Shown piece by piece: positions 12,104 through 25,229 of a DNA stretch of 64,000 bases. Source of the stretch: Raja brachyura (taxonomy: Eukaryota); contig OY740817.1 of NCBI GenBank assembly GCA_963514005.1, forward strand, positions 6,696,001 through 6,760,000, in the 5' to 3' direction. A model generated the notes under the pieces. It saw nothing but the letters and a program-made list of their open reading frames with translations, did no database searches and was not told where the DNA came from. The position numbers were made by a program, and so were the translations under genes. Every line of letters begins with the position of its first letter. The stretch's first letter is position 1.

Positions 12104-13431
12104 CAGTGCATTCAGAAAGTATTCAGACCCCTTCACTTTTTCCACATTTTGTATGTTGCAGCCTTATTCTAAAATGGATTCAATTCATTAAAAAAAAAAT
12201 CAAACTACACACAATACCCCGTAATAAAAAAGCGAGAACAGGTGTTTAGAAATGTTTGCAAAGTAATTAAAAAGAAATAACTGAAATATCACATTTACAT
12301 AAGTATTCAGACCCTTTACTCAGTACTTTGTTGAGGCACCTTTGGCAGCGATTACAGCCTCGTCTTCTTGGGTATGACGCTACAGGGTTGGCACACCTGC
12401 ATTTGGGTAATTTCTCCCATTCTTCTCTGCAGATCCACTCAAACTCTGTCAGGTTGGATGGGGAGCATCGATGCAGAGCTATTTTCAGGTCCCTCCAGAG
12501 ATGTTCGATCAGATTCAAGTCAGGGCTCTGGCTGAGCCACTCAAGGACATTCACAGACTTGTCACAAAGCCACTCCTGCATTGTCTTGGATGTATGCTTA
12601 GTCATTGTCCTGATGGAAGGTGAACCTCTGCCCCAGTCTGAGGTCCTGAACGCTCTGGAGCAGGTTTTCATCAAGTATCTCTCTGTACTTTCCCTCGATC
12701 CTGACTAGTCTGCCGCTGAAAAACATCCCCACAGCATGATGCTGCCAACACCATGCTTCACCGTAGGTATGGTATTGGCCAGGTGATGAGTGGTGCCTGG
12801 TTTCCTCCAGACGTGACGCTTGGCATTCAGCCCAAAGAGTTCAATCTTGTCCGGGCGGCCAGCTCTATTAAGAGTCCTGGTGGTTCCAATGTTCTCCCAG
12901 TTAAGAATGACGGAGGCCACTGTGCTCTTTGGGACCTACAATGCTGCAGAAATTGTTTTATACCCTTCCCCAGATCTGTGTCTTGACACAATCCTGTCTC
13001 AGAGGTCTACAGACAATTCCTTCGTCTTCATGGCTTGGTTTTTTGCTCTGACATGCACTGTCAACTGTGGGGCCTTATATAGATAGATGTGTGCCTTTCC
13101 AAATCATGTATGATCAATTTAATTTACCACTGGTGGACTCCAATCAAGTTGTTGAAGCACCTCAAGGATAATTAATGGAAACAGGAAGCAACTAAGCTCA
13201 ATGTTGAGTGTCATAGCAAAGGGTCTGAATACTTATGTAAATGTGATATTTCAGTTATTTCTTTTTAATTGCTTGGCAAAACATTCCAAACACTGTTTTC
13301 GTTTTTTTATTAAGGGATATTGTGTGTAGATTAATGATAAAACAAAATAATTTAATCCATTTCAGAATAAGGCTGTAACGTAACAAAATGTGGAAAAAAT
13401 GAAAGGGTCTGAATACTTTCTGAATGCACTG
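12104..13431 (-). mobile_element. Tc1-family transposon, internally deleted
   Basis: TA-flanked; TIRs CAGTGCATTCAGAAAGTATTCAGACCC (~210 bp) with internal direct repeat; transposase remnants [15 protein letters not shown] and LEWLSQSPDLNLIEHLWRDLK. Confidence 0.93.
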
Positions 13432-13748
13432 TATATGGAAACAGTGGGGCTAGATGGAGCACCAGCACCATTGCTTTGGATCAAACCAGCTAAAGTAGGT
13501 CAGTGGTAAATTCTGTCTGCATAGTTTGTCCATCAAAAAATGTTTTCGATGAATGTTCATGGTATGCAGGTGTCTTCTCACTTAACCTTTGGAGGGTGTG
13601 TGGATACATACTTTAGAAATCTAATGGGCACAGAAAGAGGAGGAAATCAGAGGGGAAGCATATTCTTCATTTGATACAAGGAGACATGCATAACTAATGA
13701 AAAAGAAAATCAGCAATTACGTACAGGAAAGGAACAGCAGAAACATAC

Positions 13749-13910
13749 CTCCTTGTGCTTTTCCATGGTAGCGTAGAGTTTCTGGGAGAGGTCATTGGAC
13801 ACATTGGGCATTCCTGGTTTCTTCTTGTTTCCTCGGCTCAGGCTACTCTTATTCTTGCTCGTTTTCTTATTATTCTTTTTCTTTGCATTTTTGCTGTCTC
13901 CCTTTTTCCC
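13749..13910 (-). CDS. EP300: EP300 exon 29 (HAT autoinhibitory lysine-rich loop)
   Basis: AG/GT flanks, 162 nt, GKKGDSKNAKKKNNKKTSKNKSSLSRGNKKKPGMPNVSNDLSQKLYATMEKHKE (p300-type residues). Confidence 0.97.
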
Positions 13911-14659
13911 CTGGAAAGATGCAAATTGACAAGTCACAAAATGTCAATGTTTATTTTAATTTTGAAAAGTTACATCAAACGCCAAATTCACTTCAACCCA
14001 GCTCTCCACGCGAATGGAGCAGACAGGAAGAATTCAGGGCAGAAGTGAAGCCGACCTGGCAATAAGGCGGGTCTTGCATATCCATTACCTCCCATTACAC
14101 ACGCTGCCGTTTAAAACAGTACAGCTGAAACATATGCCAAAAAATTACCAGCAGATCTCAGAGCCCAGCAAGAGGGAGCATACTTCAGGTACTGCAGTAG
14201 TACCTTTGTATTGTCACATTTTCATGCAAGAAAAGGTAATGCGAATCATCATAGCTGGTCAGGCTTTGGATAAATGAATATAAATGTTACTTACTTTCAA
14301 TAAGAGTACAAGAGGGCACATCCAGTGTTATGTTTTATGGAAGTGCAATGGTAGTTCTTTTTTACAAGAACATCATGCTTTAAAACATTATCGAGGCTTC
14401 ATATCTTATTACATTCAGACTTAGAAATCCTAAGAAACCCATGAGTATGGTTTTACACTTTAAAAGCCGGAATTAATATTTGCATCTTAAGTGGACCAAT
14501 GTGTGCTAGCCAGGTTTAAGTTGCTCAAAGCACCTTCTATCTCAGCGTTCTGATGTTCAGTTGGTTTAAACTGTAAATTACAGAATAGAATTTCACATGC
14601 AAAATAACCATCACTTATTTTTTATACTTATTTACCCTTGAGAACGGGCGTTTTTTTTG

Positions 14660-14945
14660 TTAAGAGATACAGTGCACAAACAGGACCTTCGACCCAACGA
14701 GACCACACCGACCAGCAATTCCCACACATTAACGCTATCCTACACACACTAGGGACAATTTAAACTTATACCAAGCCAATTAACCTACAAACCTGTTAGC
14801 CTTTGCAGTGTGGGAGGAAACCTGAGAGCCCGGAGAAAACCCACGCGGTCATGGGGAGAACGTACAAACTCCGTACAGACAGCACCCCCATCAAACCCGG
14901 GTCTCCAGCACTGCAAGGCAACAACACTAACGTTGCGCCACTGCA
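14660..14945 (-). mobile_element. HE1-like V-SINE
   Basis: Same motifs on the reverse strand. Confidence 0.8.
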
Positions 14946-16357
14946 GTCTCTTGGTTCAAGATCTCCATGACAATGATGAAGCAAGGTATATTTCCCAGTC
15001 AAACAGTCGGCATGCTTTTAGTTGTGGTATCTCAACCCCCCTAAAGCTGAGAAAGACATGCCTTCGGCTCGGGAGGCAATATATTCTTCAATTTCGGTCT
15101 CTGCACCAATGCCCAAGATGGGAGATTTATTTTAGTTTTGAGTGTCAAATCTTTTCCAGGAGGGGCAGATTAAATTGTTAATAATACGAAACATGACACC
15201 GACCTATCGGAAAGGCGTCTTTTTGTTTAACTGTGGTAAATGAAAATTTGTTGAGAAACTTAGTATGGAATGAAGGCTCAATGATTTCAACATGTGTTTT
15301 AAGCTTTTGTGATTTAAACCATTTGGGTTTAAATGTGGAATGGGTATTGAAATGTTCAGGGCCGTGAGATGCGTTGGATCAGCGATAGAATGGTACATAA
15401 TTTCCCCGGGTGAAGGGACAGATTAACAACACATGATTTCTGATTGCCACTCATGTGAACCATTGCTCAGATGTAACCACATACAACCAGTTTGTGATAT
15501 TTCTGTTACTCTCTTTGCAGACACTACTACAGGGGTACTAGTGTCTCTGTGTATGAGCAAATTCAGATTCAGTTGCATCTCACAATCAAATAGCATGCCA
15601 TCTATGCTTTCCTTTGTTAAAATACAGGTACACTAGCTAATTGTTGGTCCTGTCAGCTTGCAGACTGTGAACATGAATAGTCCACTCATTTCCAAATGAG
15701 CATTGGGTATTAACAAATGATAGAGTTGGGCCACCAAAGTATCACAGAGCTGCTACTCGCATTTAACTAGCTATAAATCAAACTTCTGACCTTAGAAGAA
15801 GCCCAGTGTTTATTGTGGCACTTGATGAAACAATTTTTTTTTTTTTTTTTTTAAAACACCGTTCCACAGAACTTCTGCCCGAATACATGAATACCAAATT
15901 TTGGCCAAGTGGGTAGATAGCGGGTGTATCAGTACATCAGGCGAGAAGAAATTCTGGAAGCTCAGACATTTCAGTAGCTCTATTTGCAAATACTTAAGAG
16001 GTACTTCTTGTGATCAGAATTAAATGGTTAACAAATCTTAAAGTCAATGCTGGAAAGGGAGACTCCATGCCTGTAGCAATTTGCGCTCTACCCCATGGAA
16101 ATTTCCAACAGCAGTACTGAAGTCCCCAGAATAGCGCAACAGATGGTAATCTCTCCCAACTACCAGATCTAGTGTAATTTCCCAGACTTGGGCACATGGG
16201 AAGAGGTATCATTTATTTTCTCAAGCTTAATTTTTCCTTCTTTAATCGACTTCACACTTACCATTTTTCCCATGGCCGGAGCCTTTGTGGGGCACCAACT
16301 TATAGTGTCCACAGTGCACTGCAGTTTCGATAATGAATGAATAACATCACAACTTAC

Positions 16358-16525
16358 ATCAGTGCTCTCACTGGAAGTGTTATTTTCCTCTCTCTTACGC
16401 TCCTCTTCCTCTTGCTCCAACTCTTTGATACTTTCCTCCAACACATTGGGCCAAAAGTCACCTTCAAAATAGGGCAACTCTTTTGCACTTGTCAGTCTGT
16501 CTTCTGTTGCCTGCTTAAATATGTC
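16358..16525 (-). CDS. EP300: EP300 exon 28 (HAT)
   Basis: AG/GT flanks, 168 nt, DIFKQATEDRLTSAKELPYFEGDFWPNVLEESIKEL. Confidence 0.97.
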
Positions 16526-18219
16526 CTGCAAGAGAAAAGTACATTGCAAGTTCCTCAATCACGCATTGTATTGTTTCGTAAGATCACAGCGGCAGAAACA
16601 AGGAACTGCAGATGGTGGTTTACAAAAAAAGACAACGTACTGCAGTAACTCAGAAGGTCAGATAGGATCTCTGGAGAACATGGATGGGTGTGCTGGGACC
16701 CTTCTTCAGATCCGATCCAAAACATCATCTATCCATGTTCTCCAGAGATGTTGCTTGACCCACTGAGTTACGCCAGCACTCTTACATGATTAGTCACTTT
16801 ACAAATTGCAATCTAATGTACAATATCTTATTTTACATTGTAACAATTTTATAATTTACAATTATAATTATAAAGTCATCATTTTAAAAAGTAAGATAAC
16901 CTGTTGCCATTGAGAACTAAAATATCATTGCTGGATCTTTGGGTAAATTGCTGCAACGGGGTACGTGAGAAAAAGTGTGAAAGAGTAACCAGACATCTAC
17001 ACCAGATTAGATTGTGGAAACAAAGATAACAAGAGGCGTGGTGACAAGAACGAAAAAGCATCAAAACCAGAAAATGACATTGAGAAATAGAATAAGGAGG
17101 ACAATGAGACAATGTATGTGCGGTTTGACTGAATTAGTCACGTAGAGGCTTGATTGAATTATTTCATGTATGTATCTATGCAACGTCTTTGAATCAAAGG
17201 CAGCAAAACAAACTGAATTTAATGAGAACGGAGGAAGGAGCACCAATCAAGATCAAACGCAGTCAGCCCTGAAACCCCTCGACACTTACACTGGCTGTCC
17301 AAGATTGGCCCATTTATTTTAATCACAATAGTGACTGAGTTATAAGGACAATAAAAACAATTGACATAACTCTGAAATTGGATTTAATTATGGATTAAAT
17401 TATATTTTGATCTGATACAAATGTAACCCTTGTGCACCTTTGTATTAGTAATAACCTTAGTGCAACAATATCAGAACCAACAGACATTCGCAAATGTTAG
17501 AGCTTAACTTTCATTTCTGGGCTGTTGGCCAGAGAGTCAAAGAGGCTGGGTTCTGGGTGTGAAATCTCAGCATTTGTGACAACTGGAAAAACACTATTCA
17601 GCAAGTCAGGTGATTTAGTGCAAGGGGATGGCCGATTGTCAAGAAGCCTCTAAATGAACGATACCCTGGTCTTGTCTAGCATCTCTGGTTCAGCATGGGA
17701 CTCAAGGTGGGGAGAGTGGTAATGAACATGGTTAACACTGCTTAAACAATTGTTTTCTTAACCCCCAAATTAACTGCTAAGCAGGTAAAGGTGTTTGGGG
17801 AAACTAGTCATAACAGCATGGGAACTCCGTTAAGAGTTGCCCAGTAAAGAGTAAAGGATTTAGACCCAGTGAAGACAAAGGAATGGCAAAATATCTTTCC
17901 AGTTTTTACTTCGTTTTTTTTAAATGTGCCCCCAAACATTTTGTTTTAAAATCACATTATTTATGAGCTAGCTTTCAGCTGTTCTCTTCAAACTGCTTCC
18001 CTGAATTTTTTAAAATTCTCATTAAATGTAATCAAATTCTTGACCAAGATCTGGGCTGGGGTTCCAAGTTTTCCTCTTATGACCCTGGAACATCAAAAGG
18101 AGATTTTTCTATTTTAAAGTCACTGCAATACAAGTTGAAATAGCCATGGCTGGAAATGTTCATCCTGATAAATCAGTAACTTTCAATATTATAATGACAA
18201 TAAACACCACGCACAATAC

Positions 18220-18385
18220 CTTATAATCATGAATTATTCGTTCTGTCACTGCCTTGTCCAACATCTTCTTGTACCATTCCTGCAGTCTTTTGGGTTTAGG
18301 GATTTTCTGATCCAGTGGATGGCAGTGAAAAATATAATCATCGCCTTCACTTGGAGGACAAGCCCAAATGTGCCCAGCTGTATAT
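18220..18385 (-). CDS. EP300: EP300 exon 27 (HAT active site)
   Basis: AG/GT flanks, 166 nt, YTAGHIWACPPSEGDDYIFHCHP...KRLQEWYKKMLDKA. Confidence 0.97.
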
Positions 18386-18746
18386 CTGGATTGGATTAAA
18401 TAATATGAAAATAAGCGCAAAGCCAGATTAGGATCTCGTGCTCTGATACAGAGAGAAAAAAATACATGCCAAAAAAAGTTGGTACTACCCGCAAAAGGAA
18501 TGTGTACTTTTGGTACTTTCAACATTCCCGCTTGATAGTTAGACAGGGAGCAGTTTGGAAGCTCGGCACTTGCACTAGGTAACTTCCCCCTTTTTTGGTA
18601 AGTAACCAGGAGCCATAAGTTACTTTTTCTTTAATGAACCCATCAGTTGCTGACAAAAAAAAACTAGATACATCTACTTAATGCACATACAAATATATAG
18701 CAACAAACTACATTTGACTGCTTTTATCTTTGCATCATCTTCTTAA

Positions 18747-19130
18747 AGGGCCTGTCCCACTTTCACGAGTTATTCACGAATTCTCCCGAGTTTTCCCCTT
18801 GATTCAAACTCGCAGAATGTTCGTAACAAGTCCGTAGGAGGTCGTAGGGGTTCGTAGATATGTCGTAGCGGCCCGTTATGCCAGCCGTAGGTACTCCTGG
18901 CATCAGGTAAGTCGGGACGTTTTTTCCAGCCGAATAAAAAATGCCCACGAGTCAAAAAATGGTCGTTTGAAAGAAATTGCAACTTTTTACTCGTGAGGGC
19001 ATCAAAATAGTCGTGGGAGTTCATGAACATAGTTGTGGAAGGTCACAGGCGTCCGTAGATTACCACGATCTTGATTATTTTTTAGGTCAGCAGAGGTTTT
19101 GAATTAAGTAGTGAAAGTGGGACAGGCCCT
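18747..19130. mobile_element. Non-autonomous PIF/Harbinger-type MITE
   Basis: Perfect 20-bp TIR AGGGCCTGTCCCACTTTCAC; TAA on both sides. Confidence 0.8.
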
Positions 19131-19297
19131 TAAGCCAACTTGCAATGTAATAAAACCTATACATTAAAGTCAGCTCCAAGGGGAAATAGAGATGCAAAGC
19201 CAATATTTCAAGAAATTGAAAAGATGATCAAATGTTAAATGAAAAATAGTCCAGGAATATTTCATTATAATTACAGCTACACCTAGTAAACACTTAC

Positions 19298-19411
19298 CCC
19301 AACTTTCTTACATATTCTAAGTATCCAATCAGAATTTCGTGATAGACAGCTGTTCTCAGACATCGAGGGCGGAAGAAATGTACACTATCGAGGTATGATA
19401 TGTACACACGT
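19298..19411 (-). CDS. EP300: EP300 exon 26 (HAT)
   Basis: AG/GT flanks, 114 nt, [38 protein letters not shown]. Confidence 0.97.
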
Positions 19412-19959
19412 CTGTAATGAAAAATAAATTGTTTAGCATCTTCAAAAGCATCAAAAACAATTTTCAAGTTAGAGTTGCCCATATGGCTAGCCTTCACTGG
19501 TTGTTTTATTGTGAAGTGTTAAATCATTGATATTCAATACAAGATAGAAAGTGGACATCGATATTAATCATATATGATTAGAGGACACTTAAATGTTACA
19601 TTACAAAAACATGTCGTTTAAAAAGCTAATACAAACCAGAAAGACAGACCATCAACCAATAATCAGGCTTCAACCAGAATATTCTTCATCTTTCAGTAAT
19701 TTAAACTATATTGTAAGAGAACGAAATAAAGTATTTTTACAGCAAAAACTATCTGCTCCAACAAGTTCATATTTCCACTAACTCAGAAACAGAGCATCTC
19801 TTAAATCTTTTCACATTGGCTGCCTCAGTGGCTTTCCACAGCAATTTAATAATTTAATAATTTATTTAAATCCCTGCAATGGGAAGTTTTCGAACCGACA
19901 TTCCACTTCAATTTGTTTACAATCTTTAAAAATCTAGAATAATTTAGTCATGCTTTTAG

Positions 19960-20240
19960 AGTTTAGAGGAACAGCATGGAAACCGGCTCTTTAACCAGAG
20001 TTCACGCCTGATCATCAATCAACCTTTCACACCAGTTTTACGTTACCCACTTTCTCATCCATTCCCTACACACTTGGGGCAATTTCCAGCAGCCAATTAA
20101 CCTGCCGACCTGCATGTCTGTGGGATGTGGGAGGAAACCAGAGCACTTGGAGGAAAGCCATGTAGTCAAGGGGAGCACTCATGATCAGGATTGAACCAGA
20201 GTCTCAGGCACTGTGAGGCAGCAGCTCGATCAGCTGATAG
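19960..20240 (-). mobile_element. HE1-like V-SINE (left member of an inverted pair)
   Basis: Same motifs on the reverse strand. Confidence 0.75.
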
Positions 20241-20249
20241 AGCCACTCA

Positions 20250-20536
20250 TTCACAGCACCAGAGACCTGTGTTCGACCCTGACCTCAGATGCTGCATCTG
20301 TGGAGTTTGCATGTTTTCCCTGTGATTGTGTGGATTTCCTCCGGCTGCTCCGGATTCCTCCCATATTCCAAAGTCGTGCTAGTTTGTAGTTTAATTGGTC
20401 TCCGTAAATAGCCCCTTGTTTGTAGGGAGTGGATACCAAAATGGAACAAAGAAGTAGTGTGAACGGGTGATCGATGATTGGCATGGACCTGGGGCTGAAG
20501 GGTCCGTTTACAGGCTGTATCTTTGAAACTTAAACT
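20250..20536 (+). mobile_element. HE1-like V-SINE (right member of an inverted pair)
   Basis: B box GTTCGACCC and V-domain-like segment on + strand. Confidence 0.75.
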
Positions 20537-20556
20537 ACAATTAAACTGGAATTTAC

Positions 20557-20703
20557 CTTTGATTGGGTGGAGGACAGTCAGAACCGTACTCTTGCACATG
20601 CATGCCAAAGAAACACACATCCACACCGTCAATCTCTTCAAAGGCAAACAAAGCTTTTGTTCGATAAGGAAACGACTCGGCCATCTCCCCATTATCAACA
20701 AAC
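20557..20703 (-). CDS. EP300: EP300 exon 25 (HAT)
   Basis: AG/GT flanks, 147 nt, [48 protein letters not shown] (read manually; not in the ORF track frame). Confidence 0.96.
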
Positions 20704-22548
20704 CTGTAAGTAAAGACAAAGTAATTAATAAATGTACCTGAGGCTTTGGGGATGCATCTACAAATGTTTCATTTGTTGTATTTTTACCAAACATTGCACA
20801 TAGATATCATACAGATTCAGCATTACACATAATCCCCAGTTATTTTGCCAGATGGACATTACCAACAAGGAGTGCATAACTGGATGCTTTGTAATTAATC
20901 TTTCAATGCTCACTGTGCATCACAGACATGCCTTCCTAATAGGTAGGCACTGAAGTTTTTCAGTTGAACCGCAAATAGAATAACTGAAGATCCAAAGGGA
21001 AAATCTGGACTTTCTTTGGCAACAATAAAATGTAAGCTACATACCCAGGTATTCACTATCTAAAACAAAACTATCTTCCATCGAGTCCTGAAATATTTCA
21101 CCCTTTGAGACAGCAAACTACTTCTGATCAAAAACAAAGTGCTAGAAGAACTCGGAAGGAAAGGCAGTATCTGTGGAGGAGAAGCTCAGACAATGATTCA
21201 GGTCAGGAGCCTTTATCAGACTCCTTAAAAAAATGACCCTTTCTCCTGTTTTCAACACATCTCTTCCTAAAAAAACTGGGCCGTCGTTCCTCTGGATGCC
21301 TCCAGGCTGGAGCCCCTAACGCTGGTGGGTCACACTGCCCTTCCCCCCCCCCCCCCCCGTCTCACATTCTATTCCAACAACATCAAGGATGGGCACAAAT
21401 CCATACATGTATGTGATTCCAGAAAAAGAGTGTAAAATAGTGATTTTGAGAAGAAAATATGCTGTTTCCCAGATGAGTAGGAAACATATGCCCTCCGAGA
21501 TTAAAGTTCGTGCATCTAGGTTAAAAAAACAAAACTTGATCGTGTTTTGTTATTGGTTTGGAATAACCTGGACCATTAATTATTCTGCAGAGTGTAAAGT
21601 TCAGTTATCAGGAACCAGCAGATCTTGTATCTTTCTTTCTTTTATTTGTTTAATATAATTTTATGCAATGGTCAGGTTGTCGGAGACAGCTTGATCCACT
21701 ATGCCTGTGCTGCTTCTCGGCTCTTTTGTGAGCAAGGCTTTCAATCCCATTGTAACAGGTCCCACTCATGAACTCCATTCTTAAGAGTTTAGTTTTAGTT
21801 TAGCTTATTGTCTGTCACGTGTTCCGAAGCATAGTGAAAAGCTTTTGCTGCACGCTAACCCAAGAGTCATACAGCGTGGAAACCGGCCCTTCAGCTCAAC
21901 ATGTGCACGCTTACCAACATGCCCCATCTGCGCCAGTCCCCCGTGCCTATGCTTCGCCCTCTTCCTTCTAAATCTATCCTATCCATGCACCTATCGAAAT
22001 GTCCTTTAAACGTTGAGATAGTCTACCTCCTCTGGCAGCTCGCTCAATATACCTACCATTTTTTGTGCAAAAAAAAGTTTCCCCTCGGGTTCTTTCTCCC
22101 CCTCACCTTATGTTCCTCATTAATGGAATACAATATAACCCACATTCATTCCGGCAGCAGTTCTGGAAAGTGGCAGATATTTTCATCTCCCCTTTCTCCC
22201 ACGAGCTAGCTCTCGGGTGTATTTCATCTGATGCTACTTTATATTGCCACTCTTCTAAATTCAATGATTTATGATCTTCTCCCGCCACATTCTCAACCAC
22301 GCCACAGCCAACACCACGTGTGCTAATGTGGACATAATCACCATCAAAAATCACCAGTCCTACTGCTGCATATTTTTACAAATGTACCCTACCCTGCTCC
22401 CTAAATCTTCTCCTCCCAGATATTCACTCTCGTTATCATGCCTCGGATACTTCTCTTTTGTGGAAGGTGTCATAGATATACGAGTAATTGTCATATCTGT
22501 ATTTCAGTGACATTTTAAATTCACAATCGTGCAAATGGAGTTTCTCAC

Positions 22549-22699
22549 CTCGACTTCATTCCAGACTTGACCTCTACAGTTTTATCTGAACTGTGCACCA
22601 CCCGAACAGTGCACTCACCAGCCTCCGGATGATTTTGCCTGCGGAGGAAGTCGTTAATACGGGTTTCTAGGTAAATACCCAGCTTAGTGGTTGGTAACC
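22549..22699 (-). CDS. EP300: EP300 exon 24 (HAT N-terminus)
   Basis: AG/GT flanks, 151 nt, LPTTKLGIYLETRINDFLRRQNHPEAGECTVRVVHSSDKTVEVKSGMKS. Confidence 0.96.
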
Positions 22700-23717
22700 C
22701 TGAGGGGAAAACAAAAGGTTTTTGACACAATGTTACTGCATTCTCTGCACTTGAAAGTTACACATCAGTAAAGAAAAAAAAGAATCAGATGCACACCATT
22801 CAGCAGTGAGACATTTCACAGGCAATGCACATCATAGCCAGAGGTACAAAGCCAGTCACAGTTCCTTCTAGAATATTGTCATAGTTACTCTGATTTCTCC
22901 AGCAGCTACATCTGTTTCTTATCGTCCATGACAGAATTTTTCTGGAGCTGTGCCATTGAGAAGGAAGTCTGAAGAAGGGTCTTCACCCGAAACATCACCC
23001 ATTCCTTCTCTCCAGAGACGTTGCCTGTCCCGCTGAATTACTCCAGCATTTTGTGTCGAACAAATATTCCCAGTTTCTTATCGTCCATGACAGAATATAT
23101 CTAGATCTTGCGAAAATGTAGACCTGAACTGTTTCATATGATGTGTTACAAATGGACTTGAACATTGCATAATCAGCAAATAACTCAATTTTGAACTTTT
23201 AATGGAAGGACATCATTAAGTTTATGGAGGCAGAGCTATTTAACTAGGAAACAACCCCTTCGGCCCAACTCAGCCTAACCGAGCTAATCCTACTTGCTCG
23301 TACTTGTCCCATATTCCTTCAAACCTTTTCTATTCATGTACATATCCAAGTGAATGAAGCAGCTCAAGATGTTTTGGGTGTTTGACGTTTAATACCATAA
23401 CCATTTCCCTTGTGTGACTTCATCTACTGAAGTGTTTTCCCCTTGATGCTCATTGACTTCAGATCCACTGGGGCTTCATGATGCCACACTAGACCAAATG
23501 CTTCATTGATGTCAAGGGAAGTGACCGTCTAACTTTGATAGATTTACATACAAGTAATAGGTGAGAAACCACAGCTCCACCAGACACCCGCAAAACCTCA
23601 TCTCTTTGGAGAATAGTTGTTTTTTTTGAAAGGGAGACATTGTTTTGCTAGACAAGCCCAACAGCTTTTAAAGATGCATCGGTTTTACAATCACATTTCA
23701 CAACCAAGTGTACTTAC

Positions 23718-23785
23718 TTTTTGCACAGAATTTATTTTCTTTCCTTGTTTTCCCGGTTTTCTTTAAACAGGGATCACAAACAAAA
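23718..23785 (-). CDS. EP300: EP300 exon 23 (PHD)
   Basis: AG/GT flanks, 68 nt, FVCDPCLKKTGKTRKENKFCAK. Confidence 0.95.
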
Positions 23786-23929
23786 CTGCAAGAGGTAAAA
23801 GAGGACTAGTTACTAGAACTCAAAAAGTTGAAACGGACGGTCTATTTGCATGCAATAAAACAGTTGTTTTTTTTTTTAAATCCTTCAAATGCAAATAACT
23901 CTGCACATATTATGTAGAATCCAACTTAC

Positions 23930-24007
23930 CCTGAGGGCCAAATAAGTTCATGGTGAAGGACACAGATCTGATGCATTTTCCGACCACATTCAGTACATTC
24001 AACAAAT
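23930..24007 (-). CDS. EP300: EP300 exon 22 (PHD)
   Basis: AG/GT flanks, 78 nt, FVECTECGRKMHQICVLHHELIWPSG. Confidence 0.95.
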
Positions 24008-24615
24008 CTGCAGAAACATGATACAGATGCCGACAGGAGTTAATAAGGTAATATGCTTCTCTCACCTTAAGAAAAACGGGGAAAAAATGTGATGCACGGC
24101 ATCTTTAGAGTAAAATGCTTCTTAGAGAGAGAAAAAGGGTCAGCTTGGAAGGGACCCTTCTCAATGGTACATCAGCAAAACCAATGAATTAATTAGATGT
24201 CCATCCATTTCACATATACTTTAAAATGAGGACGAGGAATACTTAAAAGTTCTCAAAAGAAAAATGTTTGATATTATCATAAACTGATTTGTTTTATCGA
24301 ACAGGAATTATTTACTAGACAAAAGTTAAACCATTTTATAATCTTTTCAGAAGCCAATCTCAGACTGTGCAATTATGGATCTGTTACTGGCAATTTACAC
24401 AAAGTTGTCTACCTTAACTATATACATTTCCAACACCAGCCCCGCACGTACATTAGCAAAAAACTTCAAAACAACAGGACAAAAAAGATGCAGGAAAGAA
24501 CGCAAATGGAAATCAAATCCCAGCAACAGGAAACTTGGCCACAGGGATTAGAGTTTCAGGATACGGTCAACAGTTACCCGATTAAAACAAACCACTGTTT
24601 TCAGAAATCACTTAC

Positions 24616-24672
24616 ACTTCAGGATCCAGTGTATCATTCTTCTTCTTTGAGAACTGTTCCTTTGAAATCGTC
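24616..24672 (-). CDS. EP300: EP300 exon 21 (RING)
   Basis: AG/GT flanks, 57 nt, TISKEQFSKKKNDTLDPE. Confidence 0.95.
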
Positions 24673-24939
24673 CTAAAATAAATGAAAATCTGAAGATATA
24701 ATAGAATGCAAGAAATAGCACTGTGTGATAGAATTGTTTAACGGAATCATATCTAGTCTGTATACCAATAAATTATTGCAATTTCATTTATTGATTTTTA
24801 TCCGTCTTTAGCTTTAGGAACTGACAAGGAAAGAATTTAATTCACTGGCAATGAATGTAAATGCAATACAAATTTCACCAATGTAAAATGATATCAACAT
24901 GGTTATTAATGTCCATATTCTGCTGGAAAATATACTTAC

Positions 24940-25020
24940 GTTTGAGGCTGTGAAGGGTCATCACCCAAGGAGACAGTTTCTCCCTGGATCTCATTGAAAC
25001 ATTTCTCGCAGAAGTGATAC
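24940..25020 (-). CDS. EP300: EP300 exon 20 (RING)
   Basis: AG/GT flanks, 81 nt, YHFCEKCFNEIQGETVSLGDDPSQPQ. Confidence 0.95.
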
Positions 25021-25229
25021 CTGTTAAAAATAAATGTCTGGGTGAAATTATGTTTACAACCTTCAAGCAGCAGTTACAAATCAATTATAATATCTCAGTG
25101 TGTAAAGTTTATGAAATTACTATAATAGAAAACATGGCAATGTACAGATTACTAAAGCATTTTAGTTCTTTTAAAATAAAAACAATCAACAAAGGATAAA
25201 ATGGGATTGGCCACGTTTATTTTCTTGCA

